A DNA stretch of 64,000 nt from a bacterium (GCA_963676395.1 OY781066.1:864001-928000); one strand, 5' to 3'; counted from the first letter of the stretch, positions 10,758 to 22,459 are shown. Numbers and translations are program-made. Notes: generated by a model not told the origin, from the sequence alone.

Positions 10758-12050
10758 CTAACTCGTCTTAGCCAATGATGATTTATACACTTCAATAGCT
10801 CTTAAACGTGCCATGGCGTGGTCAACCATCATATCCGGATAATCTGATGTATATAGATCCGGCAACCATTTTTTAACATATAGCTCATCGGGGTCAAATT
10901 TTTTCTGCTGAGTTATCGGGTTAAATACTCTAAAATAAGGCGCCGCATCACAGCCTGTTCCGGCCGACCACTGCCAATTCCCATTATTCGACGACATTTC
11001 ATAATCCAACAATTTCTCGGCAAAATATGCTTCGCCCCAACGCCAATCGATCAATAAATGTTTACACAAGAAACCTGCCGTAATCATACGAACGCGATTA
11101 TGCATATAACCCGTAGCATTTAACTGCCGCATGCCGGCATCTACCATCGGATATCCCGTTTCACCGTTTTTCCAGGCATAAAACTCATCAGAATCGTTTC
11201 GCCACGCAATGTGATCATATTTTGACCTGAAATTATTGTGTTCAACATGGGGATAATGATAGAGTATCTGCATAAAAAATTCACGCCATATCAGCTCATT
11301 TAAAAATGTATCATGACATAACGCCTGCTTGATAATTTTTCGAACACTGACAGTACCAAAACGTAAATGAACCGACAAATAGGATGTTTTATCAAGAGCG
11401 GGAAAATCTCGATACGCCTCATAATCACATAAGATACTCAAACTATAATCTCGCACACTTATCGGTGATGACCGGAAGCCCAGAGCACTTAGTTCAGGTA
11501 AAGGACTTTCATGTTTGAAAAACAAACCTATCTTGCAATCATAGTCCGCAAGCTTCAGCTCCTTAAATTGAGTTAGCCATTTATTCTTGTATGGCGTAAA
11601 AACGGTATAGGGCATCCCATCATTTTTAAGCACTTCATGCTTTGCAAAAACAAGCTGATCTTTATATAGTTTAAGCTCAATACCTTTTTTAGCAAGAAGG
11701 GTTTTAATTTCATTATCTCGATCTCTTGCATAAGGTTCATAATCTTCATTGGCATATACTGTTGCGATATCAAAGTGCGCCATTAAATACTCAAAACTCT
11801 CCTTAACACTTCCCTTTAGGCAATATATTGAAGCGTCTTGGTCTTTTAATTTTTTGTTCAGCTCCAATAATGTTGAATGAATAAATGTCAAGCGCGCATC
11901 ATCTTTATTAAGATCACAAAGAATATGATCATCAAAAATAAAAACCGGTAAAACCGGTAGCGGGTCACCTAAAGCGTGGTGCAAAGCATGGTTGTCGTCA
12001 AGGCGCAAATCCCGCCGAAACCAAAATACCGTTACTCTATTTAAACTCAT
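10758..12050 (-). CDS. phrB: Deoxyribodipyrimidine photolyase (class I CPD)
   Basis: WFRRDLRLDDN, TSYLSVHLRFG, ELIWREFF, GYMHNRVRM, NNGNWQW, PYFRVFNP. Confidence 0.93.
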   Translation of the reverse strand: MSLNRVTVFWFRRDLRLDDNHALHHALGDPLPVLPVFIFDDHILCDLNKDDARLTFIHSTLLELNKKLKDQDASIYCLKGSVKESFEYLMAHFDIATVYANEDYEPYARDRDNEIKTLLAKKGIELKLYKDQLVFAKHEVLKNDGMPYTVFTPYKNKWLTQFKELKLADYDCKIGLFFKHESPLPELSALGFRSSPISVRDYSLSILCDYEAYRDFPALDKTSYLSVHLRFGTVSVRKIIKQALCHDTFLNELIWREFFMQILYHYPHVEHNNFRSKYDHIAWRNDSDEFYAWKNGETGYPMVDAGMRQLNATGYMHNRVRMITAGFLCKHLLIDWRWGEAYFAEKLLDYEMSSNNGNWQWSAGTGCDAAPYFRVFNPITQQKKFDPDELYVKKWLPDLYTSDYPDMMVDHAMARLRAIEVYKSSLAKTS

Positions 12051-12216
12051 AAATCAATTTATCCAATTCACTTACATTTTTACAACACTTTTCTTATCAC
12101 TTGCTTTCCTATCACACATTATTTTATTATTTAAATTTGTGATTATTCTTATACTCATATCCCATTACTATGACGAAGCAATTTAGGGGATATAAATAGT
12201 TTTTATCAATCAACGC

Positions 12217-13098
12217 TCAATATAATCCACTATTTCCAAACAGACTAAACTCAATAAAAATCCTATCGGGTCTATCAACATCTGGTACTAAATTGATGTT
12301 CATAGCCTTATGTACTGCATTTTGCAATAAAACTCTGATAGCATCTGCATCATAACCGATTGACATTTCAAAAGCATTATATTTAATTGTGGCAAAAAGT
12401 AATCCCAAGGTATAGTCACCACCAAATATATCACTAAAGTCATAATATAAATGTGACCCACGAGAAATCTGGGCAGAGTAATCCCCGTGCCAGATTTTAT
12501 AGCCAAGTGTCAAACCCCATAAATACTCATCTTGATTCACATATATACTTACTTCACCGGCCGCAGATCTAAAGCCATCGCGGTAAGCGGCATAAGCATC
12601 ATTACCAAAATTGATAACCAGCAATTTGTTTGAAAAATTCCAGGTGTAAATATATTGTGCAAAGGGTTGAGATGTGCCATCGGTATCGAAATAATAAGTA
12701 TAGCGTTTTGCAAAACTATAACGAAAAGGACGCTCCTCCAGCCATTTCGAATCACCAAACTCAGAGTCTTGCCCCCAGCCTAACATTATCGTTCCGCCTG
12801 TCTCAAGAATGGCTGAATATCCCGGCAAGCCGAAGTGACTTAAATATCCGGTAGCATTGATATCCGCCTTTACTCCTATTCCTAGAGGTAACTTAAAAAA
12901 AGGCAGCCAAACAAAGGCATCGGCATTTATACCCAGGCCATTCCTGTGTGATCCAATGTACAAACTCGGACTATATGAATAATTGAATTCCCCTCTTTTT
13001 TGAACAAGGTGAATTGGCTCGAAATGAACAGGAGCAACACCAAACGTGTTAGCAAAAACCAATGATACACAAAGTAATAATCCGCTTAATTTCTTCAT
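12217..13098 (-). CDS. Secreted hypothetical protein, possible Ntox23-like (ND/DxxR) beta-rich domain
   Basis: Signal peptide; GNDAYAAYRDGFRS and GYDADAIRVLLQNAVH motifs. Confidence 0.45.
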   Translation of the reverse strand: MKKLSGLLLCVSLVFANTFGVAPVHFEPIHLVQKRGEFNYSYSPSLYIGSHRNGLGINADAFVWLPFFKLPLGIGVKADINATGYLSHFGLPGYSAILETGGTIMLGWGQDSEFGDSKWLEERPFRYSFAKRYTYYFDTDGTSQPFAQYIYTWNFSNKLLVINFGNDAYAAYRDGFRSAAGEVSIYVNQDEYLWGLTLGYKIWHGDYSAQISRGSHLYYDFSDIFGGDYTLGLLFATIKYNAFEMSIGYDADAIRVLLQNAVHKAMNINLVPDVDRPDRIFIEFSLFGNSGLY

Positions 13099-16000
13099 GT
13101 TGTTTTCAGGCTTGATATAACCTCCAAAAGCTTCACCAATTCAATTGGTTTCGTAACAAAGGCATTACAACCGGCAGCATAACTTTTCTTTTTGTCACTG
13201 GATAGAGCATATGCCGTTTGACTGATAATTAAAACCTTCTTGTTGAATTTACGGATCTCTTTTGTTGCATCAAGACCATTTAACACAGGCATTTTTACAT
13301 CCATTAAAATCAGCTCCAGATCAGAGTTCTCCTTGGCCATTTCCACAGCTTCCCGACCATCACAAGCACGCATCAAAACATCGACATATGGTTTTAAACC
13401 AATAGATAACAACTGAAAACTTATGTCATCATCTTCAGCGATCAAAACCTTTGAAAGCTTTAAGTTTTCGTGCTTATTTTCAATCACATCATCAACTTTA
13501 GAAATCTTATTTGACTCTCCTACGGGTATAAGCACATGAAAACATGACCCTTCTCCTACTTCTGATTCTAAGCGGATCGTTCCACCCATCATATCCACAT
13601 AACTTTTAACAATGCTTAAGCCCAGGCCGGCCCCATCATAGGCATTATTACCACTAATGTCTTCTTGAACAAATCTATCAAAAACAGCATCCTGACGCTC
13701 CTTTTTGATCCCGGGGCCCGTATCTTTAACAGAAAATGAAATTTTATCATCAAGCCTCTTGGCACTTACTGTAATGCTTCCCTTTATGGTAAATTTTATA
13801 GCATTCTTAATCAAATTTCGAACGATAGCATTAAACTTAACAACATCCAAATCAACAACATTATATAAAGGATCTTCTTGCTCAAAAATAAATTTCAAGC
13901 CCTTATCTTCCGCTAATGGTCTAAAAAATTCACATATATCATTAACTAATTTACATGGCACAACTTTTTCAAGATGAAGGACTTCCTGACCGGTCTCAAT
14001 TTTTGATATATTGATCAGATCATTAACCGTATCCAACATACGTTTGCCACTTTTTTGAATAATATTAATATAATATTCTCTTGTCTCTGAACTGAGTTTT
14101 GGATTTTCCAGGAGAGAAGTAAATCCCAAAATGCCATTCATTGGGGTGCGTATCTCATGGCTCATATTTGCTAAAAATGAAGATTTTAACCTGTCGGATT
14201 CCTCAGCTTTTTCCTTTGCAAAAATCAAATCATTTTCAACTTCTTTTCGTTTTGAAATATCAATAAAGTTTAGGATGAATAAATCCTCATAAAGTAAAAA
14301 CGCGGTAATTTCTAAGGTCCTATCGTATATCTCAAAATATTCTTCATAATTAATAGTTTTCCCTGTATTAATAACACTGCCATACAGGTTTACAAACTTT
14401 TTGCATGTCACCGGATCCATCATCTCTGATGCTTTTTTCCCTTTTATTTGATTTAACTCAAATCCCGTATGATGTTTAACGGATTCATTCAAATCAATAT
14501 GTAAAAAATCACAATATTCATTCTGTTCATTTTTCAACATTTTACAAACAATAATTCCAAATGGTGATTTTTCATATAAATTCCGAAACTTCTCTTCACT
14601 TTCCTTAAGCTTGTTTTCATTCTTTTTTCGCTCTGTGATATCTCGTCCCACTCCAAGAACACCGATTACTTTATTGTCTTTATTTATTAATGGGGTTTTA
14701 ATTGTTTCAAGAATTTCACTGTGACCATCGTTGGCAAAAGTAATCTCTTCTTCATTAACAGATGGGTGATTAGCCTTCATGGCCATTTGATCATGCTGCG
14801 TAAAAAAATCAGCCAACTCTTTATCTAAAAAATCATAATCCGTTTTTCCGATAATTTCTTTTTGAGAGTATCCAAAAAAATCTTCAAACCTTTTATTGCA
14901 ATTCAAATAAACCCCATTTACATCTTTTAACCATACCAGATCAGGAGTTGCATTTATAATTGTTTGAAGCATTATTCTGTTTTCTTCAATATATTCATTA
15001 GCCTCAAGAAGAGCTTGATTGTTCCTGGCCAATTCTTCGTTGTAAGCCTTTAGTTTTTCCTCAGATTTCCTTCTATCGGTAATATCCCAATTAACACCAA
15101 TCATGCTTTTGGGAGTACCATCAAGCTCCCGAGTAACAATGGCATGGGCTTCGAGATGACGAATCTGCCCACCTGGCCATATTACACGAAATTGAGTATG
15201 GAACTCCTTGTCCCCGGCAATAGCATCTTGAACTTCAAAATCCATCCTTTCCAAATCATCGGGATGAACGCCATTTTTCCATGCTTCGTAGGCAGCAGTA
15301 AAATCTTCTGCTTCTATACCATATAGTTCAAACATACGCTTATCCCAGGTCAATGTATTATTCTAGAGATCAAGCTCCCAAATCCCTATACTGGCAGATT
15401 CTGTTGATATTTTTAACCTTCTCGTTATATTTTTTATTTCTTCTTCACTTTTTTTCCTTTCGGTTATATCAACCAAAGAACCCACAATACCACTTACTTT
15501 TCCATTTTCAACAATTGGTGCTTCTCTTACTTCAACCAATATTTTCTGTCCATCTGCACGTCTCAATTCCAGCTCATAGGTACCTTGTCGCTCCCCGGTC
15601 TCTATTGCTTTTTGGGTCAGCTTATAACCATGTTCATTTATCGGATTATCCGTAACAAATTCAGTCCACTTCTTAATAGCATCCTTTGGCTCACACCCCA
15701 AATATTCACGAACTTGCTGAGAAACAAATGTTAGCTGATTATCTACAGTGTGGGAATAAAACATATTTGTACTGTTCTCAATAATATTTGTTAATATTTT
15801 TTCTTTTTCTATTAACTCTTTTTCAGCTTTCCTTTTTTGAGTAATATCTTGAACTGTGGAAACCATTATATTTTGATCGAATAATGGAATATTATAAGCA
15901 TGCACTATTTTTTTTAGTCCATTTTGCGTTGTGATCTCCAAATCATCCCAGTTCATTCGTTCGGGATCACCACTTTCAATATCCATCATGATCCGTTTTT

Positions 16001-16994
16001 GCAACTTTTCTCTTTTATCGGGATCTGGAAACACTTTTTTAAAAAAATCAAATATAGTTGGAAATTGTTCTATTGACCATCCATAGATATCTGAAAATTT
16101 GGGATTTATATAATTTATCTTCTGTGTGTCCATCTCATTGGTTGCGATACCTATTGGGAAATTATCCAAAATCATTTGAACAAAAGAATTTTGATTTTTC
16201 AACTCTTCCAAATTGTTCTGTGATTCTGTTATATCATTTACAAAGCCCAAAATTCTATTATCAGATAATTTAACACCAGCGATTTCCCAAAAACGCTTCT
16301 CAGCATTCTTAGGAATATATCCGATAACATTTCGAGCAAAACCTTTATTTTTTACTAATTCAAAGTATTGTAGTCCTTTTTCAATTTCGGATTCTTGCAG
16401 AAGGTCAACAATATGTTTATTCAACAATTCGCTCTCGAAATATCCGGTTATCTTACATGCTGCAGGGTTTACTTCAAGGTATTTACCGGATTCGTCCAGC
16501 AACAATACACCATAAGGTGCGTGATCAATAAAAGAACGAAATTTAGCCTCATTTTCAGCAAGAATGGCTTCAACTCTCTTGCTTTCAGAAATATCCATGA
16601 ATGTTCCAATGGTCTTCAAAGGCAATCCTTTTGTATCATAAAAATTTCTTCCAATTCCATGAATATGTACAATATTCCCATTCTTTTGAACAATTCTAAA
16701 TTCAACATCCATAGATATTTTTTCTTCTAAGGAAGTTCGGATATGGTCCCTAACCATATCAACATCATCTTTATGGACATAGCTTATAAAATCTTCATGA
16801 CGGCAATCAACTCCCTTTTCATTTTCTCCAAGTAATTTATAAAAGCCCTCTGACCAATAGCCTTCTCCTGTTTTCCAGTTTCGCTCAAAGAATCCCAAGC
16901 CTGCAATTTTCTCACCTAAATTTACAATCTCTTGATGTCTGACTTGCTCTTCGCTTTTCTGAGATATTGAAATTTCGGACTTTTGCTTGTTCAT
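13095..16994 (-). pseudogene. Multi-PAS hybrid sensor histidine kinase/receiver with a single in-frame TAG at 15363-15365
   Basis: ORFs 15363-16994 and 13095-15353 are in the same frame: GIWELDL*NNTLTWDKRMFELYG. HisKA (FLANMSHEIRTPMNGI), HATPase (DTGPGI, GAGLGL) and receiver (DVKMP) are intact. Confidence 0.75.
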
Positions 16995-17300
16995 AATCAG
17001 GGCCTTTGATTTAGGGTAAAGTAATCCTGGCAGCTTATCATTTTTTTATAAATATAAGCCGCGAACTATTGATCGAATCATAAAAACATCTTATAGGTTT
17101 TCTCAATACACTTTTTTGACCATGCTTTTTTATGCTACTATCAAAATAAGTCATACTTTGACTAATGACAACAGAAAAAATGTGCCTCAAAAACACAGCT
17201 CCCTTATGTAGTAAAAAATGAAATCAATCTTCCGGCAATGAAGAAAACATTGAATTGGCTTATCCTACTCGACGAGTATATAATCGTGATACTAATTAAT

Positions 17301-17329
17301 AAAAGCCACCTTTAACCAGATGGCTTTTT
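17301..17329 (-). terminator. Intrinsic terminator (possibly bidirectional)
   Basis: AAAAGCCA-cctttaaccaga-TGGCTTTT. Confidence 0.6.
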
Positions 17330-17363
17330 ATTTAAATATTTATGATGGTTTAATAATTCTTTT

Positions 17364-18839
17364 TTATCTTAAATACATTACTTTTTGAGCATCCATATGA
17401 TCCTTAGAAACAAAGCGAATAATATACATTCCGGAACCAATGTTTACAGGTTGCCAAAGAATGCTATGTTCGCCGCTTCCCTTGACTTCATTTACTAGTG
17501 TCTCAAGCAAATTTCCTTTTAAATCATATACGCTAATAGATACCATTGCCTCTTCCTGCAATAAATAAGAAATTGTTAAGGCAGGATTGAAAGGATTAGG
17601 ATACAGCGTTTTTAAACCAAAACTTTCAGGCATGTTATTTTCGTTTTCCGGATAGTCTTCCCGAAGTATATCATGCCACACAACAGTACCTGAAAAATCC
17701 ACATCAGCCACGCGATATTCATAACTTAAACCTGGAATAACTTCGGCATCGACAAAACTATATTGATACGTTTCATATGTTGTTCCCTGTCCTTTAAGAG
17801 CATCATCATGTGTATAATCCGCTAGTCGTTCCCAAGAAGTATCTCCACTTATACGTTTTTCAAGAATAAAACCCTGATTCTCGGTTTCACTTTCCGTAAT
17901 CCAAATTAAAGTGATTCCTTCAGGACCGGTTTCGGCAGTAAATGACGCTAACTCAATTGGTGTAGCAGATTCTGCCGTTGTCACCTCTTGGTACACAGTA
18001 TAATCGCTAGTACCGTCTTCATTTCTAGCCCGAAACCTCACATAATACGTTGTACTTACATCTAAGCCACCAACTTCTTCAGTTGGTACAAGCATTTCCG
18101 TATTACTTTTAACAATGTTTGTAAATGATGTATTGGTACTTACCTGATAATCCCAGTGCGTAATGCGATAATCTTTTTTGTCGGTCAAAGTAATTGTAAA
18201 AGATGTTGGCTTGACGTCAGATAATGTGAATACCGGATTAACAGGAGTAGACCAAGTCCAATAAACATCAAACTCTATCTTATAATATCCATTAATGCCA
18301 ACTGTACCGCAATCAACATAATCGACATCGCTTTGCTCGGCATTTTTAAAATCAGTCCATATACCTCGTGCATGGTTTCCGCTAATGTCATTATCGTAGT
18401 CGATGTCATAACTATAGAATTTATCCTTGCTGCTTTCATAGGTACAAGGTGTGCCGTTTTGTTCCTCCCAAGCTTCTATGGTAATATAAATATTATCGGC
18501 ATTATCAAGACACGTTCCAGACCATACCTCCTCTGTATCTCGTGTATACCACTGACCTTGATTCCAAGCACCATACGTACCTACATTTGTCAAATAAACA
18601 CATTTATAAGGCGACCACGAACCAGATGAAGAAGATGAACTTACCATCCCCCGGAAATGCCATGTAGGATCGGCATACGAGAAATCACCAAACCCGGTTT
18701 CATCGACACGAGCATAGAAATCATCAGTACGAATTTTATAATCCATTTTTTCCTGCGCAAAAGCATTGCCACAAACAATGAGTAACATGACGAGCACTTG
18801 TAAAAACATAATTTTTAATTGAACTTTTTTCAATTTCAT
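17364..18839 (-). CDS. Secreted protein: variable N-domain + FN3 + Ig-like + T9SS-type/FlgD-like C-terminal sorting domain
   Basis: Signal peptide (start MKLKK after AGGAG), FN3 'LDVSTTYYVRFRARN', 'PIELASF..W.TESETENQGF', 'LYPNPFNP...KVMYLR'. Confidence 0.8.
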   Translation of the reverse strand: MKLKKVQLKIMFLQVLVMLLIVCGNAFAQEKMDYKIRTDDFYARVDETGFGDFSYADPTWHFRGMVSSSSSSGSWSPYKCVYLTNVGTYGAWNQGQWYTRDTEEVWSGTCLDNADNIYITIEAWEEQNGTPCTYESSKDKFYSYDIDYDNDISGNHARGIWTDFKNAEQSDVDYVDCGTVGINGYYKIEFDVYWTWSTPVNPVFTLSDVKPTSFTITLTDKKDYRITHWDYQVSTNTSFTNIVKSNTEMLVPTEEVGGLDVSTTYYVRFRARNEDGTSDYTVYQEVTTAESATPIELASFTAETGPEGITLIWITESETENQGFILEKRISGDTSWERLADYTHDDALKGQGTTYETYQYSFVDAEVIPGLSYEYRVADVDFSGTVVWHDILREDYPENENNMPESFGLKTLYPNPFNPALTISYLLQEEAMVSISVYDLKGNLLETLVNEVKGSGEHSILWQPVNIGSGMYIIRFVSKDHMDAQKVMYLR

Positions 18840-18992
18840 CTCCTGTTTATTACTTAAAAAAAACACCCTAATATACAAGTAGAACTTATACAGTAATAAT
18901 TACACAGAAAATATCAATGTGATGAATGGGACAATATTATATAAAATGACAGGCTTTACATTTGTTCGAATTAAACTATTGTTGACAATTAA

Positions 18993-19847
18993 TCAGGTAT
19001 TAAATGCATTAAAATGCTCTTGGGGAAAGCTTCTGGAAACAGGAATAGTAAATTCAAGATTGGAAATATACAAGCTAAGGTTCCTTGCGTTCCCAGTGAC
19101 CTTTTTTACATTTTCAAGATTAACTAAAAATGAACGATGACAGCGCTTTATATTGCTGTATGTATTTAACTGTTCCTCAATATTCGCAATTGAATTTCGA
19201 ATAAGTTTTGATTTAACATTTTTTTCATGACGATAGAAAACCATCAAATAATTTCCATCTGCTTTTATGCATAGCAAATCATTTAACTCAAGTTCAATAT
19301 TTTCATTTTTGTTCTTAGATAAAATACTAATGTTTGTGCTCTCATTATTTCTATCAGTTTTGTTAATTTTATCTGTAATGGTCGAAGCAAATTTCTCATT
19401 CTTCCTAGCCAGAAATTTTTCAATAAGCAATAATAAAAATATTGTCGGCGTGATCCCCACTGCAATTGTAGAAAACAGAAAGTAAAATAGACTCTTTTGT
19501 TGAATAATCTCTTTCCCGACAGTTGAGTTATAAATCCAATTTAATGGAGTCATGATGAGAAAAAAAACAAGGGTATATAGCATGAATTTTCCCAATGTCC
19601 ATTTGTCAAAATCAAAGAAATTCTTAAAAACACATGGAAGAACAAAAAAACAGAATAATGATATCAGTAATGTAATTAAAGAGTAACCTGATATAAATAG
19701 TGCTTTATTATGTTCAATTTCCGACATGCCAAATGGCTGAAATACGTAAAGAAAAACTAAAATAAACCCTGATAAGAATATAGACGCAAGCAGTCTATGA
19801 TTTCTTTTTTCGATAAAGGGAAACGGTTTGCTTAAATATTTATTCAT
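18993..19847 (-). CDS. Membrane-anchored LytTR-domain transcriptional regulator
   Basis: Four TM helices (FQPFG), then LytTR motifs IKADGNY, RCHRSFLVN, IPVSRS. Confidence 0.9.
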   Translation of the reverse strand: MNKYLSKPFPFIEKRNHRLLASIFLSGFILVFLYVFQPFGMSEIEHNKALFISGYSLITLLISLFCFFVLPCVFKNFFDFDKWTLGKFMLYTLVFFLIMTPLNWIYNSTVGKEIIQQKSLFYFLFSTIAVGITPTIFLLLLIEKFLARKNEKFASTITDKINKTDRNNESTNISILSKNKNENIELELNDLLCIKADGNYLMVFYRHEKNVKSKLIRNSIANIEEQLNTYSNIKRCHRSFLVNLENVKKVTGNARNLSLYISNLEFTIPVSRSFPQEHFNAFNT

Positions 19848-19992
19848 ATCATTATTTTTTTCTTTAAGAGAATTATCAATTGCTGTGTTAAAGCGCTCTT
19901 ACTCTCCTATAATTAAAATCTATCGAATATACCTTAATATCTTTTCATAAACATGTTGCTAAATTGCTCTTATTCAATTCCCAATAATAATG

Positions 19993-21177
19993 TCATGCAC
20001 CATAATAGTCTTTAAGTATTTTATTAACAAGAGGACGATAATATTTCCAAAAGAATATTGCTCGTTCATTAACGGCCGAGCCATAAAACAAAAAATCAAA
20101 CTTTTCAATGTGCTTATAATAAGATGTTCTCATTGAAATTTTATTATCTGCAAAATCACCGGCAAAATAATAATATGGATAATCCTGATTACTTTTAATA
20201 ACAGCAGGAAATACGTTTGGAATATTCCACCTGCTAAGTGTCGAATCCCCCTTACTATTGCTAACAATATGGTACTCTGAAATAACATCATTCTTTGGTC
20301 CACTTGAACAAATATCAAACCAAAACGAATATTTCAATACGGCAGGTAGACCATAAGGTTTAGTATACTGTGAATTTGTGATAATGATAGGAATATCTTT
20401 AATCAAATGAGTTTGATCTTCTAAAATTATTATTTTGTCATCATTTCGTACAAAAGCTATCCCCGATTCAGTAAATGGCCATTGACCATTATTCTGCTCC
20501 ATATAATTATTAACAAGCCAATTGGGTAACTCCTTATTGACATTTGTATCTAAATCATCAAAATAACGTCCAACCCACCCGGACCAATCAATATCGAACT
20601 CATCTTCATATCTTAGCCGGATATAATGTGGGGTTGGTGAAGCGATAATATTAAATTCATTTATTATTAGCTTCCTTTGATTTTTCATTAATCTAAGTAA
20701 CTCTAATTCATTTCTGTTCAACCCCCCATAGATTAATGGTGATCTTTCACCAACATCAATAGGCGGATACTTTGGTTTTATAAAAGGATACTCATCATAC
20801 CACTCAGCCCAATACATACCATAGGCATCAGTGTAGTAAATCATATCATATTTAAGAGAAAGCTGCTCTAATTCTTTTTGATTTATAGGCTTTATATCAC
20901 TTATCTCATACCCACCTTTTTCATCAGGAAAGAAACCCGAATAATCAAACATGGGTAAATAGATATTACCATCCGGTTTTACATATCTATTATTATTTAA
21001 TACCCAATTAAAGGATATATGCTCTTGATAGGTATGATTTAAAACGGTTTTGTCTAATATAAATATTTCTGTGTGTTTCTTTTTAGAATACCTCCAACCC
21101 CATTTCATAAATTGCGGAGTAAGCAATAATAGAACAACTAGTAAAACAGGTATAAATATCATTAAGAATTTCTTCAT
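19993..21177 (-). CDS. Hypothetical membrane-anchored/periplasmic protein
   Basis: 394-aa ORF with N-terminal TM; motifs ILDKTV, WSGWVGRYF, YYFAGDFAD; function not recognised. Confidence 0.7.
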   Translation of the reverse strand: MKKFLMIFIPVLLVVLLLLTPQFMKWGWRYSKKKHTEIFILDKTVLNHTYQEHISFNWVLNNNRYVKPDGNIYLPMFDYSGFFPDEKGGYEISDIKPINQKELEQLSLKYDMIYYTDAYGMYWAEWYDEYPFIKPKYPPIDVGERSPLIYGGLNRNELELLRLMKNQRKLIINEFNIIASPTPHYIRLRYEDEFDIDWSGWVGRYFDDLDTNVNKELPNWLVNNYMEQNNGQWPFTESGIAFVRNDDKIIILEDQTHLIKDIPIIITNSQYTKPYGLPAVLKYSFWFDICSSGPKNDVISEYHIVSNSKGDSTLSRWNIPNVFPAVIKSNQDYPYYYFAGDFADNKISMRTSYYKHIEKFDFLFYGSAVNERAIFFWKYYRPLVNKILKDYYGA

Positions 21178-21422
21178 ACAGCAAATATCCTTATTTAATA
21201 TATCTCATTTCCAAGTAAGTTAAGAGGTATATTCCATTTTATCAAGAAAGTTTATACTTGTTCAGCAGGCCGGCACAAAGCAAAAAGGAATTAAATATTC
21301 CATGTTCGAATTCTCAAATCCACTCATCATTCTATCTCTTATACCAGTTGCCAAACACAATATAAATGACATGTATTAAAATTTTACACAATAAAATAAG
21401 CCCCTCATTTCTGAAGAGCGAA

Positions 21423-21438
21423 TGGTATGTCATCAGGA
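21423..21438 (-). repeat. Highly decayed tRNA-Lys 3'-end remnant
   Basis: tggtatgtcatcagga vs tRNA tggtacgccatcaggg; preceded by a terminator-like remnant. Confidence 0.45.
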
Positions 21439-21544
21439 AGGTCCACCAGTTGACATATAAGAATATGCCGAAAACCTTTTATCTACATAGATTTTAGAGG
21501 CCATGAGTATCAAAATGGAGCAACAATAAATTCATCGCTTCATT

Positions 21545-22459
21545 TTAATGGAATTCAGTTTCTCTATTATATACTCTTCTTGTTGGGTAAGCCAGTTCGA
21601 TAGTGTTTTCTTTATGAAATTCCTGCAAAACAGTTTCCCATATATTATGCTCACTGGTTCGACGTTGACGAGGATTAACCAAATATCTAAGTGTTAGCAG
21701 AACACCACTTTCTTTTACACTTGTGTAGATAATAGGAGTCAATTTATCATAAAAGATCATATACTTTCTTGCTGCCTTCTTGATTTGTTGCTGGGCGCCT
21801 TGAGAAAGGTGCATAACATTTTCTTCGGCAACTTTTTCCATAAGTTGTTTTGCTTTTTTCCAATCACTCTCAAAGGTTATCAAAACCGGTATTTCATTCC
21901 AAATATACTGAAAACCTATTTCATAATTGGCAATTTTACCTGTAATAGCTTTACTATTGGGAATATGAATAATTCTTCCCGTGCTCTGATCCGCATCTAC
22001 CCAATTGCCACATTCAACCATGCTAAATTGCATTACACGCAGATCAATAACATCACCAATCACATTATCTACTTCAATACGATCTCCTACTTTAAAAGGC
22101 TTAACCCACATTATATAGAGCCAACCAGCAAAATTTGTTATTGTATCACGAAGCGCAATGGCAATACCCGCAGAGGCAAGTCCCAAAAAAGTCGTGATAG
22201 ATTTCATTCCTTTAAACCAAACAGAGCCTACAAGAATAATTAGAAATATCGAGTATATATAAAGTATAGCCCTATTCCATCTATATAAATTAGCATCATC
22301 TTTTACCCTTTTTTTTATAATAAAATTTGCCATCAACTTCAGCAAAGTAAGGACAAGAAAAATAATCCCGGAAAACAATATTTTACGCCAGGTTGCATCT
22401 GATATCGAAAAGGACTCAAAGAAAGACAACATATAAACCTCAATATTATAAATAGACAT
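21545..22459 (-). CDS. Small-conductance mechanosensitive channel MscS family
   Basis: GLASAGIAIALRD, PFKVGDRIE, GDVIDL, TGRIIHIPN, IELAYPT. Confidence 0.9.
   Translation of the reverse strand: MSIYNIEVYMLSFFESFSISDATWRKILFSGIIFLVLTLLKLMANFIIKKRVKDDANLYRWNRAILYIYSIFLIILVGSVWFKGMKSITTFLGLASAGIAIALRDTITNFAGWLYIMWVKPFKVGDRIEVDNVIGDVIDLRVMQFSMVECGNWVDADQSTGRIIHIPNSKAITGKIANYEIGFQYIWNEIPVLITFESDWKKAKQLMEKVAEENVMHLSQGAQQQIKKAARKYMIFYDKLTPIIYTSVKESGVLLTLRYLVNPRQRRTSEHNIWETVLQEFHKENTIELAYPTRRVYNRETEFH

Noticed and set aside
15363..15365. Genome-wide TAG-to-Gln recoding (TAG also aligns with Gln in the arsG fragments)
   Set aside because: TAG cleanly terminates conserved genes here (Zn-ribbon, phrB, ribH, arcC), and the arsG fragments carry other decay.
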